Source: Perkinsus olseni (Eukaryota). From it: a stretch of DNA of 55,139 nucleotides. The number at the start of each line of letters is the position of its first letter. Positions within the stretch are counted from its first letter, which is position 1. The translations under genes and the position numbers were made by a program. This document shows positions 49,474-55,139 of this stretch, piece after piece. The stretch covers positions 1-55,139 of the forward strand of contig JABANN010000187.1 in assembly GCA_013115125.1 (NCBI GenBank). The letters run 5' to 3'. The notes under the pieces were generated by a model that did not search any database, was not told the DNA's origin, and saw only the letters and a program-made list of their open reading frames with translations.

Positions 49474-51432
49474 ATTCATTTCTAGCTTCACGGCGCGAGC
49501 TAGAAGTAATCCTCTCGTAGGCATATACCTGAGCATGTTTGCACTGTCACCATGTATGTATGAGAACTGTTGATGCTCTCATGTGTGATCGAGTTGACCA
49601 AAACAGTGGGTTGACGATGAATCACTCAGATGAGCACTGCGCTTCGCAACCGGAGAGTTCGCGATTCTACTCGGGGAGCGGAAGAAATAAATTGTTGTTG
49701 AGGAACACTTTCGCAAGAAGAGATTGCGCGCGATAGTGCTGCCGAGTAGCCGAGTACGCAGCGCAATGCACAGTCGTCGGCCTGTCCGCACGCGGAAAGT
49801 CCGACGAGTATCTGGACAGAGTAGCCATGATGGCTTGATGGTAAGACTCATCATCTGATTTGTACTGAATGACGACTATAAGAGAGAACAGGGCCAATGC
49901 GGCCAACTTTTCTCGCCGTAACTCGTGTACTTATTTGACCGAGAGATAGGTCGTTCTCTTGAAAATTACCTTGGATTTTTTTGGTGCTAGGCGGACTCGA
50001 CCTGCTCCAGGCAGGTGATCCGAAGGTCAATAGGATAGTAATAGAAAAAAAATTAGTGGAGCGAATCAGGGACGATGATAACTATGATGGGAGGAGACCC
50101 GATAGAGACTTTCTCGGAACGGAGCTCCGCGTAGTAGACAGGACTGATTCTACGGGTGAGAATCGGGCATCGTTGGAGACTGCTCTATGGTACCACGGTG
50201 TGACACCGCTTCTTAGAAAGATGCTTCTTCACCTGTGAACCTATCGATACTAGGTAGGAAGCGGAAGACCTAGTGGTGTTAACGTATCAACAAGAGTTGC
50301 TATGGTCGTGTTAGACGACACGTGTAGCCAACAGCAGGAAATATAAATCAGCCTTATGCTATGAAAGGAGGGGTGGGAACTAATTCAGTGCCCACTTAAT
50401 AAGTAACTCCGCCGAGCAGCCCGTTCCATCAAATTCAACAACGTCGGAAACTTCCACGCAAGCTTCCTTGATTCTCAGATCGCAATGGATGCAATATCCC
50501 AGATTTCGTCCTTTGCGGGAAGGCCCGCCGGAATCGCGCAATAAAGGATGCGTATTCCACGACTTCCGCTCACTGTAGTCGGGAGTCACTCGCTCGCCTG
50601 GAAAGTCGAAGGAGAACTTACTCGTCCGAGCGGTCTTTTATTCCCGGTCCCCCGTCACGCAGAAACTCTCAGTGGCTTTTCTAGCATTGGATCGGCCCTT
50701 GGCAGCATAGCGGCTGTAGTTTAGGTGTCCTCCCCGATTCGGAGTTTGAGTAATTCATTCATGCTTATCATCTCGCTGGTTATTCAGCGTAGATTAATGC
50801 TCACGCAAATGTCTTATTACTGGGGGATCGTTGCTGCCATAACTTCTCTCACCATCACACCGATCGATGCCACAGGCAATCATGGAGGCCACAGGCGAAG
50901 AAATATGAGGTAGACCCGAGGATCGCCCAGCAACCTTTGCCGTGGCTCCAGCCTTGCCTTAGAGTCATTATCATGTTTCAGAGACGTTCTTTCTTCCACT
51001 CCGACCGAGAGGCCTCCCCCTAGGTAGCGGTCCTTTATGTAGCATTGTCATTACTTGGCTTGAACTACCATGCAGGTATGAGGACGCAATTCGAATGGAC
51101 GCCCAAGGACGCCCGCGGGGCAGGGTAGCCGAGGGACTCATCCCCAACGAACCTCCTCCTAGGTAGGCACGCCAAGGCATTGCTCTCTCGCTCACCTCCC
51201 CAACTCTTCCAGCTTCCAAGATGCAATGTTGTCGCCGTTGAGAGGCGAGAGCCAGCAACGCCAGCCGAACAGTATGCCGCCAACCAGTACGAGAAATACT
51301 CGCCCTGTAAACGTGAATTTTGATGAGGAGAGGAGTCCACCGTCCTAGTAAGGCCCACGGACCCCTAGTTTCTAGTGATGGGCTTAGAAATATCGTCCTC
51401 TCAGTGACGAGGCCGTAGCAGTTGACGGTGCG

Positions 51433-51434
<2 letters not shown>

Positions 51435-51469
<35 letters not shown>
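51435..51469. repeat. (CTG)n microsatellite
   Basis: About 11 ctg units. Confidence 0.95.
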
Positions 51470-51470
<1 letters not shown>

Positions 51471-52569
51471 GGTGTGGCCTACGATAAATGGGACTGAGGT
51501 GAGCAGTAACGGGGTTGGTTATTGATCAATTTTATAAATTAACAATAAACCTGTTCCCTAAAGCTCTCAAGAGATATTTTGCCGACCGTGTTTGCTTGAG
51601 GGGCTCACTACGCATTCCGGAATGAGTAATTTTAGCATCAGCACTTGTCATGGTGAAGAGCCACTTCACGCTGTATGGGAAGGCCGAGCCCGTGACACTT
51701 TTCTTCACCAGTCACGCAGCATGAGGGCGTCTGATATGGTCGTCGAATCCATGATGGCACGAGTGACTGAACGGCGCTCTACTGTTGAACCATTCGACTG
51801 AATCGATCAATAATCCTTCTTCCTCACGGATACCCTCCGCTGTTGACAAACGAATCGCACTACGTAATCCTTCCCGCCCCAAGTGACACAGTTGTATGTA
51901 GCTACAGTAATGGAGAGGTCAACACGGAGCGGTTTGAAAAGTTCATACTAGCCGTTAAAAATGGGCTCATCCTCTGAACGAGGGGGCCAGCTTCGGGTTT
52001 TAATTTATCAATTATTTTCGCCACTTTTATCACGTAGCGCTTGGGACGATATTCAAAATATGATTACGATAATGCCGTTGTTATTGTTGTTGTTGTTTTG
52101 CCTAGCTGTTGTGTCTCAGTGGGCTATCAGTGCCTCAGTAACGTTCTAGTGGTTGAAAAGCCTCCGACAGTGTGTAGTACAGTTGATACTGTTACGTGAA
52201 CACGACGGTTTTTATGTCTTTGGCCAGCACTGTCCTGTGCGTGAGGTACTTGAGAGTGCCTTTTCGGTCGGGTACTACCTCGAAACTGCACGGCTGCATA
52301 TCGTAATGGTACACTAGGCCCGCGTGAAGTTCCCTTCGCGCGCTGTACAACAATGAAACGGTCGATGAAACGGTCGATAGATATTCAAGTGAACTTCTCT
52401 CTTCAAAATCCATTCCCAGTCCAACTTTCATATCTGAACACTTCCTACCAGCGGAGAGACCACAATTTCTGCGATTTTCACAACGTCTTGGTTCACAGTG
52501 TAGTACTGCAGAGGCTGTTGCTTCGAACCAACTGAGATCGTCCGCCGTTCTGTGTGGCAGACACGAGCG

Positions 52570-53300
52570 CGGGGAGGAAGCAACACTTGCACCGTACTTT
52601 CGGCCACCTATATTTTCCGAACCAAGGTGACAAGGCTGTGGTCATCATGCATGACTCTCTGTGGCATACCTACACTAGAGATGCGGTTGGCAAATAGGGT
52701 ATGATTTGTACGATGTAGTGAACTCCCTCCGTCATGGGTGCCGTAATTTGTGATACTCTTGTGTGATTCTGCGAGCTAGGCTGTGCATTTGTCCCTCCTC
52801 GCTAGGCGACGTTATTTTAACTTATTACGATATTGTGGTGCATATTTGAGCATCAGATCAGTGTCTCTTCCGATATCCCTGTTACTGGCTGAAGCATGGT
52901 TTAAAACCATTAACAAAACCATTGGTTTTGTTAAGTCAAGAGGGAAATAACAACACGAGCGTATTTGAGCACTTAAACGAAATAACTTGTGCGGCAATAT
53001 GAACGTCGGCATTGTGCCCACCTGCGTTTTGGACCCGCGAATCTTACTACCGGATGGCAACCGGCAGCTGAGCTAGGCTGGTAGTCTGTAACGGAAATTG
53101 TAACACGCAAGAAAGGGGAGCCACTGTGCTGTCACGTGGCGCGAGAGCGGTATGCATGCTGATTGCATGATGCTATTGATGCATTGAGCCAGCATGTGAG
53201 TGCTTCCTCGAGCCCCAGCCGCTGCTGCTGTGGCATAGCGGCCTCATTTTCGTTGCATGATGTATTCTCTTCGTTATCACAGCCTGTGTCCGCGGCATCG
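52570..53300. mobile_element. Second copy or relative of the 33841-35215 dispersed element (boundaries approximate)
   Basis: Shared block ttttaacttattacgatattgtgg...gcatcagatcagt.tctcttccgatatccctgttactggctgaa and a shared terminal-type motif in inverted orientation. Confidence 0.45.
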
Positions 53301-53304
53301 TAAA

Positions 53305-53355
53305 ACCGCTAAATTCATTTCAGATTGGCCGCCAATCTGAAATGAATTTAGCGGT
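53305..53355. repeat. Perfect 25-bp inverted repeat with 1-nt spacer
   Basis: accgctaaattcatttcagattggc-c-gccaatctgaaatgaatttagcggt. Confidence 0.95.
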
Positions 53356-53661
53356 ACGATCATTGGCGAGAGTCTAAGCCGGAACTGGCGTTAGACTATA
53401 AACTCCCACTGTATGAGTCACGCACACACTAACCCTTTTCGTGTCTCAAGTTCGAGTTGAGGCTGTTATGTGTAACTATGAACAAAGAGGACCTCAGATC
53501 AGAGAAACAGGTTCTTTAAACGACATGGGAACGGACCGTTGACGACCGAGGACTGCAAAGATAGACCGGAAGAGTCCTCCTTGACAAACTAGCGGGAAGC
53601 CTTGATGCGTATCAAACGACACCCGGATAAGAAAATTCTAGACTATGATTTCATCGACTAT

Positions 53662-55139
53662 TTACAGGTCCAGTTTGAGGTACTGTAGCCCATCTGCATC
53701 CGCATCGCCAGCCTGAACGAAGGAGAAGTAAATGGCATTCGACCGAGGATTCTGGTCAATGGTTCCGGAAACAGTTAAACATGTATGGAACAACTCGGAT
53801 CACCTGGCTGATCTCGCCTCTCAAAGACCGCCCAAATTCGACAGCGACCTTATCCCGGTCATAGCCCTTGCCTAGGAGGTAGCTCAGTTTGGCGACCGCG
53901 GCCTCGACGGTCATATCCCTTGCGCTAATTACGCCAAGGGAAAAAAGGTGAACTCCTCCGAGGTAGCTGCCCAGATTGATGGCACCGCGGAGGATTTGTG
54001 ATACTCCAATGACGGGGATATCTTGCTCTCGGACCCTGATGATGCAACGACGTTCTCATCTATGGTTTGGAGAAGCCGCTTTGAACCCACTTGATGAGCC
54101 AATCGGTGAAATGAGGTTGATTGGAGGGGGCGTTGCCGCTACCATAAAGTACGAGTACCACACCTTTCACATCACTGAGAGCCATTGACTTGAGATTGGC
54201 AAAGCCGGGTACCTAAGCAAGGGCAAATCAATAATTCTGACAGGCTCGTTAGAGGGGAGGGGCGTTGTTGCTTGTCAGCTCATGCGTACCATGCGGAGGA
54301 CCAGCAGAGAACCCTCCATCCGTTTATCAGCTCTGAACGGTCCAGTTGGAGGAAGACGGAGGATATTCGAGAGTTGGACACACGAGTCGATGGTGGCGAG
54401 GTCAGGAAACTTAGGCGAGGCGAAAGATCCTGCGGCACTTGTCTGGATCTGCGGAAGGTGAATGTCCGACGCCCCGCTGCTTTTAGTGATGCGCTGATGG
54501 AAGAGGCTCGGCCACAGGGCCGTGCACTCCCCTCAGGCGGGATCGGTTCAGCTGCAGTGTGAGGCGACGATTAGCTGCTTATCTCCTACCTTCACACAAC
54601 GAGTTCCGCGCATGAGACGAGTGCCGGAAAACAGAGATACCTCCGGTATATTGTACGAACCTGGGAAATGGTGAAGGTGTGGTAGAGCTAATCAACGATC
54701 GGTCTAAAAGAAAATGCTACAGCCTTCGATCACCTGCGAGGAGGACGGAGACAACGATGTTACGACGAGCGTCGCTGTGAGGCTCGAAGAAGGGAATAGC
54801 TGCGCCGGTGATGATGACACTCTTGGCCAAGTTGGAGAACATGAATGACAGGGCACTCGAGGTGTAGGACATGGTATCAGTGCCGTGGAGGATGACGAAT
54901 CCGTCATAGTCGTCGTAGTTATCCTCAACAGCCTGAGGGGCTACTCAAACAGGAGAGGTTGAATGCTGCTGACCTTAGCCATGGCAGCCCAACCCTCAGG
55001 TGACATATCGGAACTATCGATCAGGTTCTCCCATTCGACAACCTGAGGAAACAGGCTGGCTCGAATGTTATCACCCGGACCGCTGCACCATCCAACTTAC
55101 GGAAACTGTGGGCATCCCGGTAGCCTGGAGTTCGGGTAG
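53662..55139 (-). CDS. ansA: Type I (cytosolic) L-asparaginase, multi-exon, 5' end outside the window
   Basis: Spliced reading: LIDSSDMSPEGW / YDDYDGFVILHGTDTMSYTSSALSFMFSNLAKSVIITGA / IPEVSLFSGTRLMRGTRCVK / FASPKFPDLA / VKGVVLVLYGSGNAP / LGVISARDMTVEAAVAKLSYLL...SLRGEI / ...LKLDL*. Largely missed by the ORF track. Confidence 0.92.

Noticed and set aside
49818-49839. Third SL-like match (agagtagccatgatggcttgat)
   Set aside because: Only about 15 of 22 positions match; compatible with chance.
49600-51450. Possible spliced gene(s) in the convergent interval
   Set aside because: Some acceptor-like sites and short frames exist, but no consistent reading frame or recognisable domain could be assembled.
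53460-54562. Apparent Ty3/gypsy gag and integrase remnant on + (HAYHA...RSCGTC in ORF 54272-54562)
   Set aside because: From 53662 onward the same bases are explained by exons and introns of the minus-strand L-asparaginase; the gag-like part upstream is broken by stops.

Overview
Eukaryotic, intron-rich DNA (short GT-AG introns plus some of 200-500 nt), most likely a perkinsid alveolate (Perkinsus-like). This is inferred from two near-perfect perkinsid/dinoflagellate spliced-leader (SL) 22-mers and from the gene style. Genes form directional blocks. The minus-strand block (~0.5-18.8 kb) holds two secreted Cys-rich 'SYCK-module' proteins, a 51-aa signal-peptide ORF, an RMI1-like gene, two tandem DUF1336/EDR2-like genes and a secreted protein; it is interrupted by an orphan carboxylesterase exon and a decayed PIF/Harbinger element. 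A gene-free divergent interval follows (~18.9-24.1 kb). The plus-strand block (~24.1-49.5 kb) holds a MAP2K, an alpha/beta hydrolase, two TPT-family transporters, an EGLN/PHD-like dioxygenase, an EngB/YihA GTPase, poly(A) polymerase and two more SYCK proteins. A convergent interval and a 5'-partial minus-strand type I L-asparaginase end the window. The most notable observations are relict SL sequences and tRNA T-arm-like snippets inside introns (possible capture of RNA-derived DNA), the modular secreted SYCK family, long hairpins in the strand-switch regions, and a 386-bp identical tract between the transporter paralogs. All exon structures and family calls were made by eye, without database searches.
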